From the human T2T-CHM13v2.0 reference genome, Homo sapiens: 64,000 nt of DNA. Shown one piece after another: positions 45,836 through 57,082 of this stretch. The notes beneath the pieces were generated by a model, which was given only the letters and a program-made list of their open reading frames with translations, had not been told where the DNA came from and did not search any database. The stretch lies in NCBI RefSeq assembly GCF_009914755.1, contig NC_060938.1. One strand, written 5' to 3'. Position numbers and translations under genes: made by a program. Each line of letters opens with the position of its first letter. Within the stretch, counting starts at the first letter, position 1.

Positions 45836-46794
45836 TTGCAGAGGAAATTACTTTTCTTTAAATGAAAGAAAAGGGCTTGGCTTTCTTTTTAGTAGACAGT
45901 TGCCAGCAATATTTCATTGTCTGGCAGTTTCCTAGTGTGGATTTTTATATACTGTCCGATTAACACTTACATTACTTTAAACAAGCTTTCATTACTTTAC
46001 TTACATTTCATTACTTTACATTACTTTAAACAAGCTTAGGTAAGTCCTTAGACTCACCTAAGGACCTAGTGCTCCTTTTTGTTTCATACAAAATGTAGAT
46101 ATACCATCTGGATGAAGTCTGTGTTGAGTTAAAACCAACTCTTCGGTAATCTGTATAGATTTATTCATTAATTCATTAAATAATTTACAGAGACCTTGTG
46201 CCAAGCAGTTGATTAGGGGCTGAGGAAAGGAATAAAAATAAGACTCAATCATGGTTCATGAGTTGCTCGTTGTCCACTGGGGTAGAGAGGAATGTCAACA
46301 GTTAGGATACAGCATAGAAATTCTCCATAGTATTGCGAGTACGCATTTACTATTAGAAGAGGAGGCCCAAACTAGGGACCACGTGTAGGGTTGTCAGGAG
46401 AACTTCACAGGAAGAAGATGCATTGAAAGTCAAGTATTGAAAACGAGTAGGAATTTTGACTCTGAAAACTGAAAAGAACACAGAGAAAGTTTACATAAGA
46501 GAAAATACATATGGTTAATAAATGTAGAAAAATATTCAGCCTAATCAAGGAAATGCAAAAATAAAACCAAATTGTATATCAACAACAAGCAACAACAACA
46601 ACAAAAAACCTATGACTCTCAATAACAGAGGTTATTCAGAGAAGAACATTCATGTTCCCCTGGCGAGTTCGTAAATGTGTATACCCTTTCTTGATAGCAA
46701 CCCAACAGTGTATCAAGAACCTAAAGCGTTCTTTGCTGTTGTTCCAGTAATTCCACTCTAGCATTCTCTTGCAGAGAATAATCAGTAGTCCTGG

Positions 46795-46955
46795 ACAAGC
46801 AGCAGTAGCAACACCTGAAACTTACTACAAATGCAAATTCTCCAGCTCCACGTCAGACCTGTTGAATCAGAATCTCTTGGGTGGGGCCAGCAATCTGGGC
46901 TTTAACATGCCCTCCAGGTGATTCTCATGCATGCTAATATTTGAGAACCACTGCT
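46795..46955. mobile_element. MER5A
   Basis: aaatgcaaattctcc...tgaatcagaatctc...ccctccaggtgattct...tttgagaaccactg. Similar MER5 copies lie near 8230-8410, 32770-32960 and 38963-39145. Confidence 0.8.
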
Positions 46956-47131
46956 CTACACAAAACAAAAAAAGAAAAGAAAAGAAAAATACCAAAAAAA
47001 GACAAGTAAATATGTGATAGACTATGTTTCTCTGACCTCTGATTCTCAGATCCTTTCAGTTGCAGATAATCCCTCACACCTGAACTTCCACAGTGTTTTT
47101 ATCTGTAATGTTCTCAGCAAAGTTACAGCTT

Positions 47132-47757
47132 TGTAAACTAGTTCAACCATTGTGGAAGTCAGTGTGGCAATTCCTCAGGGATCTAGAACTAGAAATACCA
47201 TTTCACCCAGCCATCCCATTACCGGGTATATACCCAAAGGATTATAAATCATGCTGCTATAAAAACACATGCACACGTATGTTTATAGTGGCACTATTCA
47301 CAAGAGCAAATACTTGGAACCAACCTAAATGTCCAACAATGATAGACTGGATTAAGAAAATGTGGCACATATACACCATGGAATACTATGCAGCCATAAA
47401 GAATGATGAGTTCATGTCCTTTGTAGGGACATGGATGAAACTGGAAACCATCATTCTCAGCAAACTATCGCAAAGACAAAAATCCAAACACCACATGTTC
47501 TCACTCATAGGTGGGAATTGAACAATGAGAACACATGGACACAGGAAGGGGAACATCACACACCGGGGACTGTTGTGGGGTGGGGGGAGCTGGGAGAGAT
47601 AGCATTAGGAGATATACCTAATGTAAATGACGAGTTAATGGGTGCAGCACACCAACATGGCACAGGTATACATATGTAACAAACCTGCACGTTGTGCACA
47701 GGTACCCTAAAACTTAAAGTATAATAATAATAAAGTTTTAAAAAAAAGAAAAAAAAT
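47132..47757 (+). mobile_element. L1PA (about PA3/PA4) 3' fragment
   Basis: ORF2 C-terminus [12 protein letters not shown]...SLIGGN*, 3' UTR and A-rich tail. No clear TSD. Confidence 0.92.
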
Positions 47758-48842
47758 AATATATCTTTCAATACTGGCAGCCATTACTGATTCCCAAGTT
47801 CATCACTGATAGCAGTGATGAGACCTGTCTTGCTCACTTGGAGGTAAAGATACTACCCTCGGCAATGATATTTCTTTGGACTGCTGCAGACATTTAATTG
47901 GGCACTAAGCCTGATGCTGTTGTGAAGGAAGATAAACTAAAGAGCCTTTGTTTATGAAAATATTGTCAAAGATTATATTTAAAGTGAGCTTTCATTAGGG
48001 ATTGAATATTTTCTAACTCTCTATAGGATAGAAATTTCCATTGAAATACGTAAAGCTATTTTTAAACTTTCATAATTTGACTTTTTTGTATATTTTCAGG
48101 AAAATATTATACATTGAATCTTTCTTTCCAGGCATTAAAATCCTTGAGGACTAGATAGTCACCTATTTTTTTCTCATTTCTCCTAGTAATTCACATATAT
48201 ACTGTAGAAGAGCTATAAATATACTATAAATATATTGAATAAAACGCGTTCTCTCTCATGATAGTCCTAAAATGTACGTCTATTCAATAAGAGGCTGCTG
48301 TATGCTTGGTTAAAGATTCCTCTGTATCTGATGAAGAATGTTCTCATATCACCATATAAGGATTTTTCTCTTAGGCCAACCAAAGGTGAAAATAGTACAC
48401 GTAGGAGAAAATATTTTTGCTCTATATTATTTCCCACTGTTATCGACATTATGTAAGTTAACATGTATGTTTCAATTTTTATCCAGGAAATAGCAACTCG
48501 TACATGATGAAATTAACAACATAAAAAGTTTGTTAATTAGGCAATGTTAACATTGTAAAAACAACTTTGTCTTATTAGAACAGTGTTGACTGGCCTGCTC
48601 TTTAATTATTTTCTTCAGTGAGGCTAGGATTGCTGGTCTGGGTGTTCCCAGACTCTAGGTGGAGGAAAGCTGAGCACATAGGATGGGTGGTACTATAATT
48701 AGGCTTCCTCTCTCTACCGTTTCACAATAGCCAAATTCAGTGGAATGAATCAGCAGATCTCGCCTGATAACAGTGAGGTGAACATTCTAGTCTTCCAGAT
48801 ATTTTTATACAAACTGCACGAACTCAGGAGTAAGTCCAATCA

Positions 48843-48914
48843 TAACAAACCTGCATGTTGTGCACATGTACCCTAAAACTTAAAGTATAATAATAATAAA
48901 ATTAAAAAAAAAAA
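48843..48914 (+). mobile_element. Extremely truncated L1PA 3' end
   Basis: taacaaacctgcatgttgtgcacatgtaccctaaaacttaaagtataataataataaa followed by an A tail. Confidence 0.85.
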
Positions 48915-49470
48915 TTGCAATGAATGTGTTTAGAACCGATCATGCTCTGGTTAAAAATACAGGGAGAAGATATAAGCTTTTTTTTTTTTCCTACTAAAAT
49001 GCCTCAACCGGGGAAGGCAATAAAAATACAGTCAAGTCAAAGCTCAAATGAAAGTATATTTTAGGCAAAGCATAGGGTCCTATGATGATCTTAAACTGAG
49101 TAAGCACTTGGAATCTAATTGGAAACACAGGACAAACTAGAAGGTAAAAATCATACAGTGTAGTGCAAATGTTACAAAGTACTAAAGTATGAGTTATAGA
49201 TTTTAAAACAATAAAGCCCCAAATCAGCGATAATTGATGTTTAAGATTAGTCTAGCGGTGCGTTGTATAAACACCTGGGCAAACAAAGTTGGTAGCTTGC
49301 CAGCATCAATTTCTTATCACTACAAAATAGAATATGGAAACAATAACTGTCATGACACACAATTCATAATGAATTTAGAAAATACTTTTTATTCCCCCCA
49401 AATTAAAAAACACCCAGAGTTCCCAATTAGATGAAAAAGATAAAGTACAATGATTTACTGATTATGATTG

Positions 49471-50059
49471 TGTGAAAGTAAAATAAATCTTGGGACCCCA
49501 AACTCACTAAACCAAACAGAAACGTCAAGCTGGGAACTGGGTCACGCCAACCTGCATCTCATTTTGGTTCCTAAATAAGATGGCTAAAATACGAAAAGCT
49601 ACATACCTCCTTCACATTTTGTCCACACGGAAATTCCTTGGGGGCCCCAAGACCTTTTTCCTAAAGTGTTTCTGTTAGAGTGCATCATGGCAATGTGAAT
49701 GGATAGCTTTTCTCCACAGGTGTGGGGACATAGGAGAGAACTCAGTCATCCCTCTGTCCACCTGAGACAAATGCATATCTGATTGTTTCCTCTGCTCTAT
49801 CGTCTGCATTATCTACATATGTAAAAATGCAGATTCACTGAGCCAGACAAAGGCATGAATGACTGTTTTCCCCTACCCTCTTCTCACATGAAAATTATGT
49901 ATTTCTCAATATCCTTCCCTTTCCCCTTTAGATATTGAAACCCTCAAAATCATCTATGGGGAAAGGAATAGACCTATCTCCCAGGTGTGTATCCTTAACT
50001 TTGGCAAATAAACCTCAAAAAATGATTGAGATTTTCCTGGGTCATTTTCCTTGATTGAC
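49471..50059 (+). repeat. 5' LTR of the provirus
   Basis: tgtgaaagtaaaataaatcttgggaccccaaactcactaa ... ggcaaataaacctc ... ggtcattttccttgattgac. Confidence 0.92.
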
Positions 50060-50919
50060 CACGGAGGGATCCTGAGTGAAGGTGGCCCTGGCCTGCAGCA
50101 GCTCTCCTATTGGTACCAGATTGGGCTCTTTATAGCCCAAACCAATAAGACAATTTGTTGAGGTCTGGGACCTCCTCCCTGCAGGAAGTTGGGGCTCTGA
50201 GGTTTAATTTGATGTTTAAAAAAAAAAAAAAAACACCTCTTTTTTTTTTTCTGGGAGTTTTTGCTTGCTTCCATCAGGGAAGGCAAGCTTGTCTGCTTCT
50301 TCATCAGTGGAGAACAGTCTTCAGCTTGAGTCTCATCACTAGGTAAGGAGGTGAGTTGGGAATCTGTCTTGCAAATTCTCTTTAATAACTAAAGGTACTG
50401 TTAACAACCAGCTGGTCTTAATTTCTCCTTACATTTAGAGCACTCAAATTGTATAATTTGTGTGATTGCTGTTCGTTTTGCTTAGATGTCTTATTTATTT
50501 GTTTCTGTCTTGTTAGGTGTTTTTTGTATGCTTCAGTCCTTCTCTTATTGGATTTGGCCAACTCTAAACCCTCTAGCTTATAGTATGGAATTTTCCTCTC
50601 CAAAGAAATAAGAGCTCGCCCTTCTCAGCCTTTCTTAGGCAACTGAGAATTACATGAGGGTGTCTGGAAGAAACACTCCCTAAGATGTGCAACGGCTCTG
50701 AGTAGGATTTCCCCTCAGAAGAACGTACTTAGGGTGTAATCTCAGCTAGCAGGTGCAAATAAGGAGCTGATCTCCCATGCCTTGAGCCCCTGACACACTG
50801 TGCCAGGTAGCCACGATACCAGTTCAGCGAGTAACGGCCCTGAAAAGCTAGGTCCCCAAGCAGCACACTTTGGATCCAACAAACCCTCCGACTTGGTCAA
50901 ATCTGAAGGAAAACTCTAA

Positions 50920-52060
50920 ATTATGTGGAAGGAGCCCTTTAAGTTGGCTGAAACCCCCACAGCTGTGGAACACAAAGTTCCACCCTTAGAAACTCTGGCC
51001 AGGTATATGCAAAAACACTTATGGTGAATTGTCATGCAAATATTTAATCAAGTGGACCACTATAATCAAGGCAGATTCTAACCTACAGAGGCCTAGATGG
51101 GGATCTTCTGAGATGCCCAAATTAGTGTACCTGTGAACTAGGATGCAAAACGCAGGCACAAAACTAAACAACCAGAATGGGAGAGCTACTTTCAATGGTA
51201 CCTAGAGAGTAGCAAATGGGGGGAAGATCACCTCATGTCCTTACAATAAGCCAACAAACAACTTAGAAATGCTAACCAAGGACTCTCTAAAGTTCTATCT
51301 CTCTTAAAGAAATCCCCAGAATCCCTTACTTCCCTGTGGCACCTCCCCACCTCCACTTACACCCCCACTTTACCCCTGACCTCTCTGAACTTCCCGGACC
51401 AGATCTGTTCCCTCCTTCTCCTGCATGTTCTAATTTAACATCTTCCTCTCCTTGTACACCACTCACTCAACAGAAGGCAGTAGGGAGTCTAACTTCCAAG
51501 ACCCTACCTCCTGACAATTCCCTGACAGTGCCAGTGGCAGCCTCTCATCTGGAAGATGTGGAAAAGGGGGACCCTGCAGGGCCATCTCTCATGATCACCC
51601 TGTTTTGGGAACAACCGGTAACACATAGGGGAACCCCGGTGATTGTCTACCAACGCTGGTCAAAGGCTGAGTTGCAGGGCATAAAGAATTTCTGGGCCCC
51701 CATAAGATCCAATTGAGTTTGCCCAAGAATTTGAATTCATTATCAGAACCTATGACCCAGGCCATTCAGACCTCTAACAGCTGGCACACATGTTGGTCTC
51801 GGAAGCTAAAGCTAAGGAATAGCTGGACAAAGTACAGTGGTCAGACCCTGTAGCAGACTTAACCCTTGAAGGCCCAATAGAGCTACAATAACCAGCCCCC
51901 AGAAGTCGAGAACACAGACACAAAGATGTGTGGGAATGAGCAACTGCTCTGTTAAATACCATTTCTTCAATATTCCAAAGGGTTGTGGATTGGGATAAAA
52001 TCCAGCAATGCCACCAGAACCGAAATGAATCAATTTTAGATTATTTTATACATTTTGACT
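50920..52060 (+). pseudogene. Degenerate ERV gag (MA to CA major homology region)
   Basis: Fragments YGELSCKYLIKWT...PRWGS, a Pro-rich linker (ORF 51336-51716, ..VYQRWSKAEL..) and MHR-like DKIQQCHQNRNESILDYFIHF. Many stops and frameshifts. Confidence 0.7.
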
Positions 52061-52089
52061 GAGATAATATGCTCCAAATAATTAACTTA

Positions 52090-53800
52090 CACTCTCTCGC
52101 CTGGTCCTTCTGACGAAACCCCTCATGACTATGTTCTGATGACTGACCAACTTCTCACTTCTGGGACAGACTTACAAGAGATGCCACTGGATAATGCTGA
52201 GATAGAATGGTATACAGATGGGTCTTATTTAAGAGGATGGGGATGGAAATTTTAGAGCAGGATATGCTGTGGTCTCTTTACTAGAGGTAGTTGAAGCTGG
52301 TCCTCTTCCTCAAGCCAAATCAGCTGAAGGGGCCAAATTGATTGCCCTGACTCAAGCTTGTCGATTAGCAAAAGACAAGGCTGCAAACATACCCTGACAC
52401 CTGCTAAGCATTTGGAGTTGCTCAGGACTTCGGAATGTGAAAGGAGAGAGGATATTTAACCTCCTCAGGGCAACCCATAAAAAATGGACAACCAACTCTC
52501 AGAGCTGTTAGAAACTATTCTCAACCAAAACTTTTGACAGTTGTAAAAATCCCAGGTCACTCTACATTGGACACCACTAAAAGTGGAGATAACAAATTTG
52601 CTATTGCTACAGCTGAAAAAGCAGCATTCAAGCCACCAGACCCAATCCAAAAAAATGATCATAAAGCCTGAAACACTTAAAAACATGTTGAAGGAAACCT
52701 AGAGTATAGCCCCAACAAAAGAGAAATCCACTTGGAAACAGACAGGGGAATACCTGTCTCCTGAAACTAAAATATTGTATGGACTTAATAATAAACCATT
52801 ATTCCAATGGGATGTCAGGTGCCCCTTAAGGAATGTGTTAATAATCTGACACGATGGAATCCAGATAAAAGTATATCCTAGTGTAAACAATGTTACTGGA
52901 AACGATCCTCCACAGTGGCACAAAAGGTTTATTCCCAGTGTGCTATTTGTCCTAAGGATAATCCACGGAAGCTCCTCCATGAGGCCCAGGGTCATTTTCC
53001 CCTTCCAGCTGGACCTTTTGAGGTATGGCAGCTTGATTTTATCCAGCCGCCATCCTCTCAAGGTTACATGTCTTAGTAATGGTCTGCATGTTTTCCCATT
53101 GGGTTGAAGCTTTTCCCTGCAGGCAAGCAACAGCGATGGCAGTTGGAAAACTTTATTAGAAAAAATTATTCCACTGTGGGGAGTCCACTGTGAACTTTAC
53201 GTGATAGAAGAACTCATTTTCCTGGTCAAGTTATTCAAAATATTTGTGAAATTTGGCCCATATTTCAACATTTCCATTGTGCCTACCATCCCCAGTCCTC
53301 AGAGCTGGCGGAAAGGACCAATGGAATAATTAAAACACAATTGGCTAAGTTCATAAATGGACTTCACCTCTGTTGGCCTAAAGCACTCCCCTGGTGCTTC
53401 TTACCCTCTGGTCCACCTTGGGAAACATCAACTATCCCCTTATGAAATTATAACAGGAAGGCCCATGTGTATGGGAACCAAAATAACCAACCCAACTTTT
53501 CTCAAGAGAGATATATTGCAGTATTATAAGGGACTCATTTGTCATCTTTACAAAAGCCAAGATTTGGTAAAGAATTCCTTTCATAGTCCACTCCCTGAAG
53601 ACAAGGTTCCTGGTTATGATCTGCAGCCTGAAGACTTTGTCTATTGGAAAAGACATTTAATAAAGGACTCCCTTCAACCCCAATGGAAGGAGCCATACCA
53701 AATACTATTAACAAATCCATGTGCTGCAAAAACTAGACAGTATAAACTCATGGATTTACACCTCTCATCTTAAAAAGGCACAACCTCCTGAGTAGGCTGT
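52090..53800 (+). pseudogene. Degenerate ERV pol 3' part (RNase H and integrase)
   Basis: PLDNAEIEWYTDGSY, AGYAVV, GHFPLPAGPFEVWQLDFIQ, HWVEAFPC, HCAYHPQSS, SPYEIITGRPM, LQPQWKEPYQILLT (GPY/F-like). Confidence 0.85.
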
Positions 53801-54091
53801 AACTCCTACCAAGGATCTTCACCTGCAGCTCATTAACATTGAACTTCAATCCAGGACTAGGAGCAGACCATAGCTGTTGTGGACTGCTTAAACCTAAGAC
53901 ACAGGACCAGGCCTGTATACAAAAGAACACCTATGAAACCCAAGACACAGGACCAGGCCTGTATACAAAAGAACACCTATGTGTATTGTATGATAGCTAT
54001 TACAATTATTGTCCTAGAGATACTGGCAACTGCTATCTTGTGCAGAACAGGGCATTTGCCTTGTCTGATTTAATGTCCTTTTAGTAGTTAA

Positions 54092-54875
54092 AATGAATTT
54101 CACAACCTTGCTCCTATTTACCCTATGTCTCTAAAACCTCTTGCCACTGTCACCCATTGTTGCCCATAAGACAAACCTGTTTCTACAATGGGCTCAGGAT
54201 TATGCAGACAGATTATAAAAGGATGCCTGTGTGATATGCAGACTCATGCCTCTTTCCAGTGGCTCCAGCCTGCCATGGTGGGTATTTCCCTTACAAGGTC
54301 AAGACTAGCTAGAATACCAAAATTTATTACATCACAGAAATGGTTTCGTATCCTTAGTGCTGGCATAACAAAAGACTAAATATATATAATTTCCCCATTA
54401 AAAACACTCAAGAGCAAGGACATGGGAAAAGATTTTCAAGGGAAAGGACCAGCTCACCAGCTCTCACTTTAGCATTCCCCCAACTAAAAGAGAAGGTGGC
54501 AACCATGCCCCAAACAACAGCCCATTTTCAAAATGGGATAATGCAAATTTGGAATGGGTTTATCTGGTTCATCCCTTCATTTGGCCAACTCAGCCAAAAT
54601 GCTCCTTTATGCTTGGAACGAAGAAACGACCCCAAGGACCAATGGCCAAACACTACAAGAGATATGGGGTGGATACCTGGAGAAATTGTATTGTGACCTG
54701 GAGAAATTGGTGGCAGAAGCTATTGCTTCCAATAATAATAATAATGATAATTTGTGTCATGTCCTGTTTTTGCTTACAATGTTATTATGGTATGTCCAGA
54801 TTAGTCATCAACTGAAAGGGCTAGAATAATGATTGCCCAAAGAGTTGCTCTAATTGAGGAGGCAGTAGCATAGCC
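54092..54875 (+). pseudogene. Degenerate, internally deleted ERV env
   Basis: Signal-peptide-like start, NLFLQWAQDYADRL then a CxxC-like motif, then a jump to a transmembrane anchor WRNWWQKLLLPIIIIMIICVMSCFCLQC ahead of the PPT. Confidence 0.65.
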
Positions 54876-55169
54876 TGACCCAGCTTCCAGGTTTGCTTTC
54901 CCTTTTGCTGTATATCTGGTCTAGATCCCTATATTTTTAATTTCCTCTTACCTTCTTTCCTCCCCCTATTTTAATCTTCATGGGGCACGACCTGCTAAGA
55001 ATGAGCCTTCCTAGCAAGGTGGGACCTGAATTTCTGGGAATAAACCATCCTAGCAATGAAGGACCAGCTCAAAAAAAAAAAGAAAAAGAAAAAAGCAAGC
55101 TGAGACCAGAGACACATTTTCCTTCTAAAATGCTTTCTCCAAATGATTTTAAAGAAAAAATGGGGGAAA

Positions 55170-55722
55170 TGTGAAAATAAATCTTGGGACCCCAAACTCA
55201 CTAAGCCAAAAGGAAAAGTCAAGCTGGGAACTGGGTTATGCAAGCCTGCCTCTCATTTTGGTTCCTAAATAAGATGGCTACAAGATGAAAAGCTACATAC
55301 CTCCCTCACAAGGAAATTCCTTGTGGTCCCCAAGATCTTCACCCTAAAGCATTTCTGTTAAAGTGCATCATGCAAATGTGAATTGATAGCTTTTCTTCAC
55401 AGCTGCGGGGAACATAGGACAGAACTCAAAGTCATCCCTCTGCACACATTGTTTCCTCTGCCCTATTGTCTACATTAATCTTATGTAAAAATGCAGATTC
55501 ACTGAGCCAGACCAAGGCAGGAATGGCTATTTTCTCCTACCCCTCTCACATGAACATTGGGTATTTCTCAATATCCTGCCCTTTCCTCTTTAAATATTGA
55601 AGCCCTCAAAATCATCTTCAGAGAAAGGCATAGACCTGTTTCTCGGTTGTGTGTCCTTAACTCTGGCAAATAAACCTCCAAAAATGAATGGGACTTGCCC
55701 TGGTCATTTTCCTTGATTGACA
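55170..55722 (+). repeat. 3' LTR of the provirus
   Basis: Follows the PPT aaagaaaaaatgggggaaa. Runs tgtgaaaataaatcttgggaccccaaactc ... ttccttgattgaca with TG...CA termini. Confidence 0.92.
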
Positions 55723-56426
55723 ATTGGCACATCCAAAAGAAAAATGACAGCCCCCTGCTAAAAGAGCTAAAGATAAAAATGGAACAAAGATTTATACTTC
55801 AAATGTGAACATAAAGTAATATTAGGCTAAGCAGAACTTAAGGCAGTAAGTTTTATGGTTAAAAAGTCAATATGTGGTCGGCCCCATGTGTGCAAGTTGC
55901 TATGGTGGAAGTCAAAGGGGAAACAACAATTCACAGGAAAGAGTACAAAGGCATCACAAAAAAATAAAACTGATTTCATAAACACGGTGATTCTGGTTCT
56001 TCAAAGACATTTCCAAGAAAAGTTGCTAAGGAAGGTGAATCTAAAGCCACATCTAAGAACTTTGAGAAAAGTGTCACAAAACCAGGGGAAAGGGTGCGAA
56101 GCAGTTGAAGAATAAGCAACAATGGGACAAAGCACCAAGGAACAAATTCCAGCCAGCAAATAAATTCAACAAGAAGAGAAAACTCCAGCCAGATGGCAAA
56201 AGTGGTGAATCAGCAGCCAAGAAACCCAAATGGGATGACTTCAAAAAGAAAAAGAAAGAACTGAAGCAAAGCAGGCAACTCAGTGATAAAAGTAACTATG
56301 ACACTGTTGTGTGGGCAAAGCAGATTTGGAAGACTTTAAGAAGAAAAGACTGACAAAGAAAAAAGAGTAAAGTTAATGAATGACTTGCAGAAGTTGATTC
56401 AAGGGAAAATTAAAACTATTGCATTT

Positions 56427-56583
56427 ATTAGCTGGACATGTTGGCACATTCCTGTAATCCCAGCTACTCAGGAGGCTGAGGCATGAGACTCCTTGAGCCT
56501 GGGAGGCAGAGGTTGCAGTGAGCTGAGATGGTGCCACTGCATTCCAGCCTAGGGGACAGAGCAAGACTCTGTCTCAAACAAAC
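56427..56583 (+). mobile_element. 5'-truncated Alu (right arm only) inside the PUM3 retrocopy
   Basis: attagctggacatg...gactctgtctc plus (AAAC)n tail. TSD AAAC(T/A)ATTGCATTT at 56413-56426 and 56584-56597 duplicates PUM3 codons KTIAF. Confidence 0.9.
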
Positions 56584-56740
56584 AAACAATTGCATTTGCA
56601 AATGATTCAACTCATGTGATCCAGTGTTACATTCAGTGTGGTAATGAAGAACAGTCAAAACAGGCTTTTGAAGAATTGGGAGATAATTTGGTTGAATTAA
56701 GTAAAGCCAAATACTCCAGAAATATTTTAAAGAAATGTCT

Positions 56741-57082
56741 CACGTTGTGAACATGTACCCTAGAACTTAAAGTATAATAAAAAAAAAAAAAAAGGAAAGT
56801 ATCTTGCACAAGCTCACGTAGCTGGTAAGTTACATAGTTGGGATCTGAATTCAGTTGTGGCTTCATGCCTGAGCTTTTAACTACTACTACTAAACTGAGA
56901 AGGCACTTGCTTGAGTAAATTATGTCATCCTCTTAATGAAGCATTATGCAGCTGTTAAAGATGATAGATGTAAAGGTTATGAGGCAACATGAAAATATAA
57001 CTCATTTATTCAATAAATGTTTGTTTCTAAATATATTCATTTGCTGAATGAATAAAATGTTAAGCCAAAAAAAAAAAAAAAA
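56741..57082 (+). mobile_element. L1 3' end, 3'-transduced genomic segment and second poly(A)
   Basis: L1 terminus cacgttgtgaacatgtaccctagaacttaaagtataat-A(n) at 56741-56793, foreign sequence 56794-57066 with AATAAA at 57051, then a second A tail. The whole unit sits inside TSD AAAGAAATGTC(T/G)CA(C/T)GT. Confidence 0.88.

Larger units (their letters stand above)
49471..55722 (+). mobile_element. Internally deleted ERV1 provirus (MER4/PRIMA4 group) with both LTRs
   Basis: Two homologous LTRs of about 0.55-0.6 kb, 4-bp TSD ATTG (49467-49470 and 55723-55726), PBS remnant, polypurine tract 55151-55169. Degenerate gag, RNase H (WYTDGSY), integrase (WQLDFIQ, WVEAFPCRQATA, YHPQSS) and env remnants. 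Confidence 0.92.

Noticed and set aside
50056-50070. tRNA-like sequence as a tRNA gene
   Set aside because: Only about 13-15 nt complementary to a tRNA 3' end, which is a retroviral primer binding site.
53890-53981. Direct repeats as a CRISPR-like array
   Set aside because: Only two adjacent copies with no spacers, in a eukaryotic ERV context. This is a simple tandem duplication.
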